Shown in pieces: positions 1 through 12,400 of a DNA stretch of 64,000 bases. A program made the translations under genes and the position numbers. The notes below the pieces were generated by a model. That model saw only the letters and a list, made by a program, of their open reading frames with translations, did no database searches and was not told the origin of the DNA. Source of the stretch: Octopus sinensis (Eukaryota); NCBI RefSeq assembly GCF_006345805.1, contig NC_042997.1, forward strand, positions 191,394,001-191,458,000, in the 5' to 3' direction. Positions within the stretch are counted from its first letter, which is position 1. Every line of letters starts with the position of its first letter.

Positions 1-340
1 AGCACCCTCTACACTCAAGGAGTGGTTGGCGTTAGGAAGGACATCCAGCTGTAGAAGCACTGCCAGATCAGATTGGAGCCTGGTGCGGCCTCCCGGCTTC
101 CCAGACCCCGGTCGAACCGTCCAATCCATGCTAGCATGGAAAACGGACGTTAAACCATGATGATGATGATTGGAAACATGATAATAATGGTCATTTACAA
201 TTATTGTGCAATAACAAGATAGGGAGACACATACAGAGGGGAGAGAAAATTATGTGGTGTACATGATAATTTCTTGGAGACATTAATGTTACAAGGAAGT
301 GGATATGACTGGGAATCAAAACGATGTGATAAGATTTGGG

Positions 341-1086
341 GGATCTTTTCCTTTTGAACGGCAGTCTTCAACAAAATTTCTTGTTAACTAGACACTTTTA
401 AACTTCGTATACCGGTAGAATGTGTCAAAATAAATCATTTTTTTCTCTTGGCTTTCTTGAGAAAATTGTAATTTGTAAGTTTAACGTAGTTTAATTTTTC
501 GAATTTTAACCAATCAATCGCCTCTAATTGAGCTAAAATCATTTGCTGCGTCTAAAACTGAGACAACATCCTGTCACTGTTATGTTTACGTACGGAATGT
601 TTACATACGGAAAGTGTGTGTATAAAATTATAGAATTATTTTGTTTGTTAATTGTTTAAATTATTTTCCATTGCTTTCGTTTTAGCCTTTGGTTTTTTTT
701 TTTCTTAAGCAATGGAAAATAGTTTAAACAATACACGTGTATCTCAAAACAAAAACAAAACGAATAATTTTAGATACACGCGTAACAATTAAATTAATTT
801 AACAATTAAGTAAAAAAAACGAAAGGCTAAAATTTAGGGTTAGGGTTAGTGACAGGATGTTGTCTCAGTTTTAGATGCAGCAAATGATTTTAGCTCAATT
901 AGAGGCGATTGATTGGTTAAAATTCGAAAAATTAAACTACGTTAAACTTACAAATTACAATTTTCTCAAGAAAGCCAAGAGAAAAAAAATGTTTTATTTT
1001 GACACATTCTACCAATATACGAAGTTTAAAAGTGTTTAGTTAACTAGAAATTGTGTTGAAAACTGCTGTTCAAAAGGAAAAGATCC
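341..1086. mobile_element. Fold-back MITE with ~238-bp TIRs, Merlin-like
   Basis: 341-578 is the inverted complement of 848-1086; GGATC termini; near-perfect 8-bp flanking duplication gatttggg/gatttggt. Confidence 0.75.
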
Positions 1087-1920
1087 GATTTGGTTTGTTG
1101 GAAATTTGTCTATCAAATGCTATGACAAATAGAGAAGTGGACTGTTGTTCTTTAGCCCACACACACTAGCTGTGTGTAGAGAACCCCTTGGTCAAAGGTG
1201 TTCCAGTAATGACCAAGTGTTTTATTTCTATTTTTCAGGCATGACTTATCTAAGATTAAATTATCCAATATGTCCTTTCATTGTTTTTTAGTACAGTAGG
1301 TTGTGATTTGAAGGAGATTTGGTTGCTTTTTCAAGCAGTCTGGGTGGCAACCATGTCGAAAATCTGTCATTTGATTATGAAGTAGCTTTTTGTTTCCTCT
1401 GTGTGTTTTTATTTTTTATTTTCTTGTTTATTGTTTTGTTGTTATGCTTTGAAATACTACAAAGTACTTCATGTTTACACAAACCTTTTGTTGTGATCAT
1501 TCAAGTGATTTTCAATGTCTACTTGAATGTATATAAAAAAAAAAAAATAAATATACTAGTTCAGATTCGAGAAACCGCATGCTTGAACTTGTGGAGGACA
1601 AGTGGAGCATTTAATAATCTTTGAACTTTTATATGTGCCTGATAAAACTTATCTGTGTCCCCTAAGTAAGGAAATGTTTAACCCTTTTTGTTACCATATT
1701 TCTGTTGAAAATCACTCAACATGCAGTTTTGATGGAAGGTTTTTTAATTCGGATAACTTTAAAATGGGAAGTTTGTATTATAGAACTATGGGCAGCCCCA
1801 AGCAGGTTGATATCTCAAAGGTTAAACAATTACTATCCTTTTAAAGGTTGCTCCACTTATGGGACACCACATCTATGGAACAGCGTAAAAATTAGTGAAA
1901 TGATCCTGTTATATATGATA

Positions 1921-2281
1921 CTAGCACTATGACCTGGCAACGCCGGGTCATAGTGCTAGTGCATATACAGCTGCGTGCGTGCGCACATACACGCGAGTAC
2001 TGTCCAAATCTTCGACCAATCACATACAGCTAGCTGGCATTCAATTGGCGTATCAAGTTTCATGCATTTTGATTGGGTTTTGGATAGAAAATTCACAAAA
2101 AAAGTCACTTCTATTGATTTTTTAATGGCTTTGCGGCGTGACTGGGGAAATGTAAAGCTGTGCACGACCACCCTTGGGCGGTTTTGAATGACCATAAAAA
2201 GTGCGAGCTCTCTAACTGAAAAATTGTGGATTTGTATAAAGGACACACGCGCAAACATTTTGCCATTTATACATATAGAGA
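1921..2281 (-). mobile_element. Non-autonomous Helitron
   Basis: Minus strand A|TCTCTATATGTATAAA ... hairpin-CTAG|T. Confidence 0.65.
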
Positions 2282-2536
2282 TGATATCTTGGATCATTTG
2301 TTAATCATTTTATATCTCTCCTCTCCAGACTCTCTTACTCTTTACTCTTTTACGTCTTTCAGTCTTTTGACTGTGGCCATGCTGGTGAACTGCCTTTAGT
2401 CAAGCTAATCGATCCCAGGACTTATTCTTTGTAAGCCTAGTACTTATTCTATCAGTCTCTTTTACCGAACCGCTAAGTTACGGGGATGTAAACACACCAG
2501 CATTGGTTGTCAAGCGATGTTGGGGGGACAAACACA

Positions 2537-2572
<36 letters not shown>

Positions 2573-2587
2573 ACACACACACACACA

Positions 2588-2661
<74 letters not shown>

Positions 2662-2662
<1 letters not shown>

Positions 2663-3504
2663 TAGCAGAATTGCCCGGCGTTGCTCAGGGCTGAATTACT
2701 TGAAAGTACTGTTAATGATTGCACTGAATGATGATGATTATTCAGGCAAATATTGATAGTTTACGCTGGGAGATAAGGACTTAACGATCAAACGTGTGCC
2801 ATTGCATTGTTTTGGGGGAACCAAATTTCTGATGAGCATTATAGGGGCACCAACTTTAAGTTTGAGAATTTGTGGTGGTAGTCCGGGGTGCTCAAAGGAA
2901 TTGAGTACCTCTATTGGATAGTTGATGACGTCCTCTGGGTCAGGAGTTGTATCGATAGACTGATATACATAGACTTCCCCAGGAATGAGTTTTAGCATTT
3001 CATCATTAATATGGTGAACAGTTTTATTCCTTGGGGCCAGTATAGCCTTTTTGCCAATTCAATCCATATTCTGATAATTAGCTTGTAGATCTTGGAACAA
3101 TGCATCTCTGAGATCAGAAGGCGTCTTAACAATGGTACAAATGGAATCAATGGCAATATTACCATTTTCATCCCCTGGTATTTTGCCTTCGCCAAGTGCA
3201 ATGAGGGTGTGAGGAAATGCTGCTGATGTGATATTATGTCGCATATGAGCACGCATATTGGTGTGAAGTTTGAGAGTTACTTCCCTTAATTTTAAAAAAA
3301 TGCATTAAAATGGGAAAAAATGATGGTAAATTATTTGTAAAATCGTAGACTCATCGTAGATGCGCGCTAATACCCAGAAGGGCTCGATATGAATCACGAC
3401 TATAAGATACTCGGTTTTGGTTAAACTGCATCGCAAAATGTGGGAGTAGTTAGGAATCTAAATCGGAGTAGACAGACACACAACCTTTCTTTTATATATA
3501 AAGA
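2662..3504 (-). mobile_element. Helitron with Pif1-helicase remnant
   Basis: ORFs 2738..2998 (LKLKVGAPIMLIRNL..CNGTRL) and 3059..3256; A|TCTTTATATATAAA 5' end and CTAG|T 3' end. Confidence 0.85.
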
Positions 3505-4420
3505 TTTTCGTCCTAAAAAACTTTGTATGGAGTGAATGGTTACCTCTATGGAAATATATACACACACATTATACATACATGTGTGTATAGATGAATATAT
3601 AAATACATTTAAATAAGAAACAGAAAGATCGCCCAAAAGTGTATATAGATCATCATCATCATCATCATCATCAACGGACGCTAAATGATGATGATGATGA
3701 TGATGATGATCTATATACACTTTTGGGCGATCTTTCTGTTTCTTAGAGATAACTTTAGATCTTATATTCATCCTAAATAACTTTGTATGGAGTGAATGGT
3801 TACCTCTATAGAAATATATACACACACATTATACATACATGTGTGTATAGATGAATACATAAATACATTTAAATATCTATATACACTTTTGGACGATCTT
3901 TCTGCTTCTTAGAGATAACTTTAGATCTTATTTTCGTCCTAAAAAACTTTGTATGGAGTGAATGGTTACCTCTATGGAAATATATACACACACATTATAC
4001 ATACATGTGTGTATAGATGAATATATAAATACATTTAAATATCTATATACACTTTTGGGCGATCTTTCTGTTTCTTAGAGATAACTTTAGATCTTATATT
4101 CGTCCTAAATAACTTTGTATGGAGTGAATGGTTACCTCTATGGAAATATATACACACACATTATACATACATGTGTGTGTCTATATACACTTTTGGGCGA
4201 CTGCTACTTAGAGATAACTTTAGATGTTATTTTCGTCCTAAAAAACTTTGTGCGGAGTGAATGGTTACCTCTATGGAAATATATACACACACGTTATACA
4301 TACATGTGTGCATAGATGAATATATAAATACATTTAAATATCTATATACACTTTTGGGCGATCTTTCTGCTTCTTAGAGATAACTTTAGATGTTATATTC
4401 GTCCTAAATAACTTTGTATG
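3505..4420. repeat. Minisatellite, ~130-170-bp unit, about 5 copies
   Basis: Recurrent aactttgtatggagtgaatggttacctctatggaaatata... units. Confidence 0.9.
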
Positions 4421-4747
4421 AATTGAAAAAGAAAATGAATTGAAATTCTAAAAGAAAGGAATTTGTTTACATACATGTGTAAAATGGCAAATGTTTGTGC
4501 AGTTGTCTGATGGAACTGGTGTATTATAATGAATAGTCCTTCTTCTTGTGAATATTAATTTGATTAATATGAACTGAAAACCAGTGGTGTAGCATAGGTG
4601 ATCTTCTAGCAAACAGGATGACCAGTCTGAATGGGTCATCCCTGTCACGCACACACACACATACACACACACACACGCACCCTCACACACACGCACCCTC
4701 ACACACACGCACGCACGCACACACACACACACACACAGACACACACA

Positions 4748-4785
<38 letters not shown>

Positions 4786-6306
4786 AGCTTACAATGTCTG
4801 TCAACAATTGACACTGTCGTATATATTAGCGTGTCTATGTGTCTAAAGAGGAAGTGGGAGTAATAGGCAGAGTAAAGGCTTCAAAGTGAAATGTTAAAAT
4901 ATTGAGTTTTCTCGAATTTTGTCTTAATTGGGGCTGAAATTGAAAGAAATTTTGTATGGCATGACCCAATGGAAGTTCTTTGAAAAATCATAGGTAAAGT
5001 CTAATTGAAGAAATTGTGTGAGGAGTAAATCGTTATGTATTTATTTGTTTCTGTTTGCTGCTTTTTTTTTTGAGTAGTGTTGTAAGGTAGACTTGCAAAG
5101 AGAAAGTCGTAGAAATGAGAGTGATAGCGTGAGTGAATCAGATCGCTCCATTTTTGTGTGTGTGTGTGTGTGTGTGCGAGTGCTGTAACCCACACTAAGA
5201 AATGCATTTGACTTATACACCACAATGTGAGTTTTCTCTAAATTTTGCTTAATTGGGGTTGAAATTTTAAAAACTGGACCTGGCACGACCCGATGCATTC
5301 TACTCTTAAAAATGCTAGGTAAATTGTAATTGAAGAAATCCTATATTGTAGATTTCTATAAGATACAAAGGGAGGCAGATAAAATCTGCCTTTTATAATA
5401 AGAGATACACACACATACATATATACGATGGGCTTCTTTCAGTTTCCGTCTACCAAATTCACTCACAAGGCTTTGGTCGGCCCGGGGCTATAGTAGAAGA
5501 CACTTGCCCAAGGTGCCACGCAGTGGGACTGAACCCGGAACCATGTGGTTGGTAAGCAAGCTACTTACCACACAGCCACTCCTGTCATATTTTAAAATGT
5601 GCCAGTTATTTTATTCTACATAACCATAAACAGACTGAAAAATAACAAACAAATTACAAAATTATAAAATTTCACTTGTCTACTGCAGTTGAATATTGTG
5701 ATTATGGTGAGGCTTTGAAATACATCATAACGTATTTATGCATACTCACTGATCAAGGAGAAAGGGCAGTGCACATGATTTTTACAGGGCCTCAGCTACT
5801 AGTTGGGAAATGGACCAAGGGGCCAGAGACTTGATCTAAATGTTTGCAACAGAAAAGATTCTGCTAAAGTACTCAAGACCTAGGTTGGGTCTTGAGTACT
5901 TTATTCATATATTTCCCTTCTTCACGTGAATTTTATACATGGATGATCTTCTTAACATAACTCACTTTATATATATATTTATAATTATGAGTATAATTAT
6001 AATTAGGGTTCAGCAAAAAATTTGCTTCACCACATACCGAAATAATTAGTAAAATTATTAATTAATTAATTAATTTTACCCTTTATTATTTCATATATAT
6101 ATATATTTATAATTAGGGTTCAGCAAAAAATTTGCTTCACCACATACCGAAATTTAGAAATAGCAGTTAAAACTAGCTATTTCTCTACCATAAGAAAATA
6201 TCCTTTACCAATAATGGTTCTTTTAATATACCGAACTACTTAGAAAATTATTAATTAATTTTACCCTTTATTATTATATGTATGTATTCTTCTTCTCTTC
6301 AATAAG

Positions 6307-6435
6307 GACTGGTTTCGTTAACGAACAAATTGTTGCAACATCTACATGTCTATCAAGAAGTGAAATGTGTACCAGATATCACAGCTGAAATATTTGTAAT
6401 TATCTTTGAAGGCCTCTATGGTGAGAATCTCCCAG
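6307..6435 (+). CDS. CEP95: CEP95 exon (LVSLTNKLLQHLHVYQ...GENLP)
   Basis: aataag| acceptor after a pyrimidine tract, |gtaaat donor, phase 1/1; resembles the CEP95 N-terminal domain. Confidence 0.85.
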
Positions 6436-9400
6436 GTAAATTTTCAAAAATTTCTTTAATATTCACACTTGTAGATTAAAATACTGTATGTATTACATTA
6501 TAATGTATATTATTTCTTTACTACCCACAAGGGGCTAAACACAGAGGGGACAAACAAGGAGAGACAAACAGATTAAGTCGATTACATCAACCCCAGTGCG
6601 TAACTGGTACTTAATTTATCGACCCCGAAAGGATGAAAGGCAAAGTTGACCTCGGCGGAATTTGAACTCGGAAAGTAATGACAGATGAAATATGGCTATG
6701 CATTTCGCCCGGCGTGCTAACGTTTCTGCCAGCTCGCCACCTTGTTTAATGTATGTACAAGCATAGAGCAGTACTAGCTGTAATATGTTGTCTCAGACTA
6801 ACTTCTCAAAGAGACTTTTGTATTGAAAACACAGTTTTGCTCAGAGTGCTAGTGGACATGGTGTTTCAGTTTTATTTAGTCCCCTCAGTGACAAATACCC
6901 TCCCTGAGTGTTTTGTGTTAAGCCAAAAATAGTTATTCTGATATAATAATCAGTTAACAAAAGAACGATTACTGATTTGCGCAAAAGCTAAGGAAGCTAG
7001 AATTCATTTAATATACTTTCTCAAAACAGAACTTATATTGAAATACTGTGTGTAGAGCATAATGTGTACACAACATGAACTGGCTTTAGCTCTAATATTT
7101 TGTCTGAAAGAAACTTTTCAAGGAGACTTGTGTGTTAAGAACACAGACCTTTGCTCAGAATATCAGTGGATTACCAGACATGGTATTTCAACTTGATTTG
7201 GTGAGCTTGGTGACAAATATCCTGGTTGTTCTGTGCTAAGTTGAAAATGCTTGTTCCACCGTGGTGCTGGTGCTGCTGCTACTGCAACAACAACAACAAT
7301 GAAATTATTGTATATAGTGCTCAGGTGCACCACAACTTGTCAAAAGTGTGTATAAAGCATATGCAGTAATCAATAATATCATTATATCAATAATCATTGG
7401 AACACATGGTTATGTAAGTAAATCTCTGAATAACAATCTGGAAAAGTTGCTTAGATTTTTCCATGGGTGATGTTAAAAATAAGTATTGATCTTAGAAATG
7501 ATTTCAATAAGGTTTGATAGATTGGCAGGATTGATAAAGTGTTGGGCAAAAATCCAAGTCCTTGCTGTATTTTTGCTATGATCCTTAATATTCTGAGTTC
7601 AAATTACACTAAGGTTGTCTTTATCCTTATTAGAAATCATTCTCTTCAAGCAAAAGGCATGTCAGTCATGGCCTCTGGATTTGGTTTAATCCAACTATTG
7701 TGAACAGATATAGCCAGAGTGAAAAAGATCAGCTCTAATTGAACAGATCTGTTACTGAAAGTGTTCAAAACATGACAATCCTGGTTTTTATTTTTATTAT
7801 GCACAGTGTCTCTGGGAATGCATTATTCAAAGATTCCTTCCTTTTTGAAGACAGAGAAGACCAAGCTCACATTCACATGATCTGTTGGGCATAGTGAACC
7901 TGAAAGATTTTTTTAGAGTGGAAGGAGTTCCAGTTCCTTAATATTCTCTCTTTACTCTTTTACTTGTTTCTGTCATTTGACTGTGGCCATGCTGGAGCAC
8001 TGCCTTTAGTCAAGCTAATCGATCCCAGGACTTATTCTATCGGTCCCTTTTGCCGAACCGCTAAGTTACGGGGACATAAACACACCAGCATCGGTTGTCA
8101 AGTGATGTTGGGGGAGACAAACACACACACACACACATATATATATACACATATATACAATGGGCATCTTTCAGTTTCCATCTACCAAATCCACTCACAA
8201 AGCTTTGGTTGGCCCGAGGTTATAGTAGAAGACACTTGCCCAAGGTACCGTGCAGTGGGACTGAACCCTGAACCATGTGGTTGGTAAGCAAGCTACTTAC
8301 CACACAGCCACTCCTGTACCTGTGGATCAGAGATAGCATATCTATCCTTTACAGGATACTGTTTTTTTTTCAGATTACAAGCATTCTCAGATGATTTGGT
8401 ACTTCTTCTAGACAAAGAGATGACCAAAAGTAATATAGAGTAAAGTTCACAGCACAAAAGTCCTACAAATACCTGCAGAGGGCTTGAAATCACAGCCTAT
8501 GAATCAGTAGCCCTCTACCTTATCCACTCAGCTATCTCTCCTCAATGTTGTTCAGAGGGAGTAAAGATTTTTGAGGGTGGTAAAGTGTTCGTACTGATAA
8601 ATATGGTAAACAAAGCTTTGATTTATCAAAGTGAACCTTTATTATTTTTTTTTCTTTTTCCAGAACTCCATAGTAGACCTGTAACAAAAGAGGACAATAT
8701 CCATAACTGCCAAGTTGTAATCGATGCTTTAGCAACCAAAGTTCTGAATACTTCCCTTTCTCACATCACTGGAGAAAGCATTGTCAATGGAAACAGAACA
8801 GCAATTAACAACTTGCTTGAGATATTCACCGATTTGTTTGAGTTTCTTACTGAGAAGATAGAAGCTGTGGAAGATGTGGTTGATGATGGCCTAGAAGGTA
8901 GTTATTACTTCTGAAAATTTTTATCTGTTTTTTTTTTTTATATTCATCATCATCATCATCATCATCATCATCGTTTAATGTCCGCTTTCCATGCTAGCAT
9001 GAGTTGGACGATTTTGACTGAGGGCTGGCGAACCAGATGGCTGCACCGGGATCCAATCTTGATCTGGCAGAGTTTCTACAGGTGAATGCACTTCCTAACA
9101 CCAACCACTCCGAGAGTGTAGTGGGTGCTTTTTATGTGCCACCAGCACAGGGGCCAGTCAGGCGGTACTGGCAACGACCTCGCTCAAATCTTTTTACACA
9201 TGTCACTGGCACAGGTGCCAGTAAGGCAACGCTGGTAACGATCACGCTCGAATGGTGCCTTTTACATGCCACCGACATGGAAGTCAGTTAGCTGCTCTGG
9301 CAATCGAATATTCTAATACTTTATTAGAATATTGGCGGTGACAGATGATACCTCTCACTTGCAGTGACTTTGTAATAATCTTTGGGGAAAAAAAAAAGGA

Positions 9401-12400
9401 ATTTTTTTTTTTCTCACCATGTGTCTAGGCCTGGAGAAGAATTAACAGGTGTTCTCACTAGGAATTTGGGATTTTTGAAATTTTTCCCATGGATATAAGG
9501 CTAGGTACAGTAGTTCCAGTTGGAAATTGAAACTGGATTATGGACTCAGTTTGTTGTGAATTTGTCACCCATAGGAAACGAAGCAGACCTGCAAACTTCA
9601 GTTCTCGATGTTAACTGCTTCAGTTAAAACCTTCACTCATCTCAGTTATAACCTTCACTCCAATACTTTGCTAATAAAAGTTGATTAGATCAAAAGCTCT
9701 CTTTGTTAGAGTACTAGATATAGTCAATTCAATTGACTGGAATATATTATATGTCATCATCATCATCTCTTTAATGTCCAGTTTTCCATGCTCGCATCAG
9801 TTAGGCAGAATGTGGTGAGGTTTATTCAGCAATGGCACTTGTGCCGGTGGAACGTGAACAAAACATTCAAGCGAAGTCATTGCCAGTGCCGCTGGACTGA
9901 CACCTGTGCAGGTGGCACGTAAAAAACACCATTTCGAGCGTGGCCGTTGCCAGTACCACCAGACTGGCCCTCGTGCAGGTGGCTTGTAAAAGCACCCACT
10001 ACACTCTCAGAGTGGTTGGCGTTAGGAAGGGCATCCAGCTGTAGAAACTCTGCCAGATCAAGATAGGAGCCTGGTGCAGCCATCTGGTTCACCAGTCCTC
10101 AGTCAAATCATCCAACCCATGCTAGCATAGAAAGCAGACGTTAAACGATGATGGTGATGATGATATTTATCTCCATTCAGCTCTTGTCATTCATCATCTT
10201 CAGTTTAACTTCTACTTTTCCATGCTTGCATGGGTTGAATGGAATTTGTTGAGGCTGATTTTCTATGGCTGGATGTCCTTCCTGTTGCCAACCCTCATCT
10301 GTATTCAGGCAAGGTAAAATTTCCCCACAGTCAGCCATGTTTTCAAGAAAGATTGGAAATTAAGGACACTGCTTGCATGGTATAATATTTGTATAAAGCA
10401 ATTATGTGAAGTCAAGTCAAGGAGACTAACACACACACACACACACACAATATCTGTCTGTTGATCGGTCCATCCAACTATCCATACATCCATCCACTGG
10501 GCTTCTTTCAGTTTCCATCTACCAAATCCACTCACAAGGCTTTGGTTGACCTGGAGTTATGGCCCAAGGTGCCATGCAATGGGACTTAACCCAAAACCAT
10601 GTTGGTAGGAAGCAAATGTCATACCTGCACCATTTTAATATTTCTGTGCCGGTGGCACGTAAAAAGCACCCACTACACTCACGGAGTGGTTGGCGTTAGG
10701 AAGGGCATCCAGCTGTAGAAAACACTGCCAGATCAGACTGGAGCCTACAGCAGCCTTCTGGCTTACCAGACCAACCCATGCTAGCACGGAAAACAGATGT
10801 TAAACGATGATGATGATACTTAATTTATCGACCCCGAAAGGAAATGTTTCTGTTATTGTCATCATCACCAATGTTCTTTAGAAAATATAAATCTTGAGCA
10901 AGGTCAAATGAAGGACTGCAAGATGTTATGAGTTTAACCCAGCAGATCTCAAATTAGCAACTACAAGCTTGATGAGAAAACTAAATAGTGTGCATCAATA
11001 TAATTCTTCTCTCTTGGCCATAATATTGTACAAGTTTCAAAAGTTTTTAAGCACAATATAATTTAATTTTATTAAATAAGGCAATTTGTCTTATTTTCAA
11101 TCTTCACAGCACTCTGAGGGATTCCTCTTCTCTTCATGAGAAACATGGATTAAAGGGTCTTGACTAAAGTCTTCAACACTTGTGATTATTATATTTACAG
11201 ATTTCATTCAGGATAAGGCATTTTTGGCAGACTGGATTCAACAAAAACACATAGAAGATAATAAAGAGAAGCTGTGAGTACCTTCATAAATTATTTCTCT
11301 TTGTCATAATGTGGAAGTGAATTCTAATGGCAAGCTGAGTCACCAATTCTGGTTCAGTGTCAAGTTGGAACCACTTTTAATAATAATGAGGTAAATAATA
11401 ATAATAATATTAACAAGCTTACTGTATGCAGTGCTCAGATGTCCTCATTGGAAAAGGGTTAGAAGAGAGGTTGTGTCCTTGAGCAAGACTCTTTATTTCA
11501 CATTTTCCAGTCCACTCAGCTGGCAAAAATGAGTTGTACCTGTATTTCAAAGGGCCGGCCTTGTCACACTCTGTGTCATGATGAATCTCCCTGAGAACTA
11601 CATTAGGGGTACACATGTCTGTGGATTGCTCAGTTGCTTGCACATTAATTTCACGAGCAAGCTGTTCCTTTGATTGTATCGGCTGGGACCCTCGTCGTCG
11701 TAACCGACAGAGTGCTCCTAAAAGGAGAGAGGACAGAAAGTAGCAATAAGTCGAGTGAAAAAAGACAGCAATGGTAGCCAAAAGTGTTTGCATAGTACAT
11801 AGAATAATACACAGAAAGACAGAATAGTGAACAGAAAAAGAGCCATGAAAAGGAAAGTGTACATAGGAAGCATGGAATTTTTGATGTCCTAGCAGTTAAA
11901 AATTGATGCAGGTAGTTTATTTCATGTGTCAACAATTCTGAGCATGGGAAAATATTTCTTAAATGTGTGTACAACTACTCTGAAGATTAGAGAATTAAGT
12001 GCTGGAGTACCATATTGTTGATTAGTACCTCAGTGCTTGTGTATTGCACTTGTTTGACATTTTAGTTTGGTGTATGACACAGTTGGTACTTCTGTGCTGC
12101 ACATGCCACACTTTTAGTTGCTACCTCAGTGCTTGAGTACCACACTGTCAATTAGTACCTCATTGCTGGAAAACAACATGACTAGCTAGAAGATAATTAT
12201 TCCCTGCCTGGTGAAAATGCCTGAACAGAGGCACCACCTCCTACAAACGAAACAAGATTGCAAGGGCACAAAGTAAACACAAACTACACAAATCCAGCTC
12301 CAACTCTTTACCTCCAGTCCCAACAGACCATCATTGCCTGACCTGTGGCAGAGCCTTCTGAGCATGCATTGGATTGATTGGCCACAGCCAGAAACACTGT

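Noticed and set aside
1-6306. First ATG-containing CEP95 exon or promoter
   Set aside because: No convincing phase-1 start exon found; it probably lies upstream of the window.
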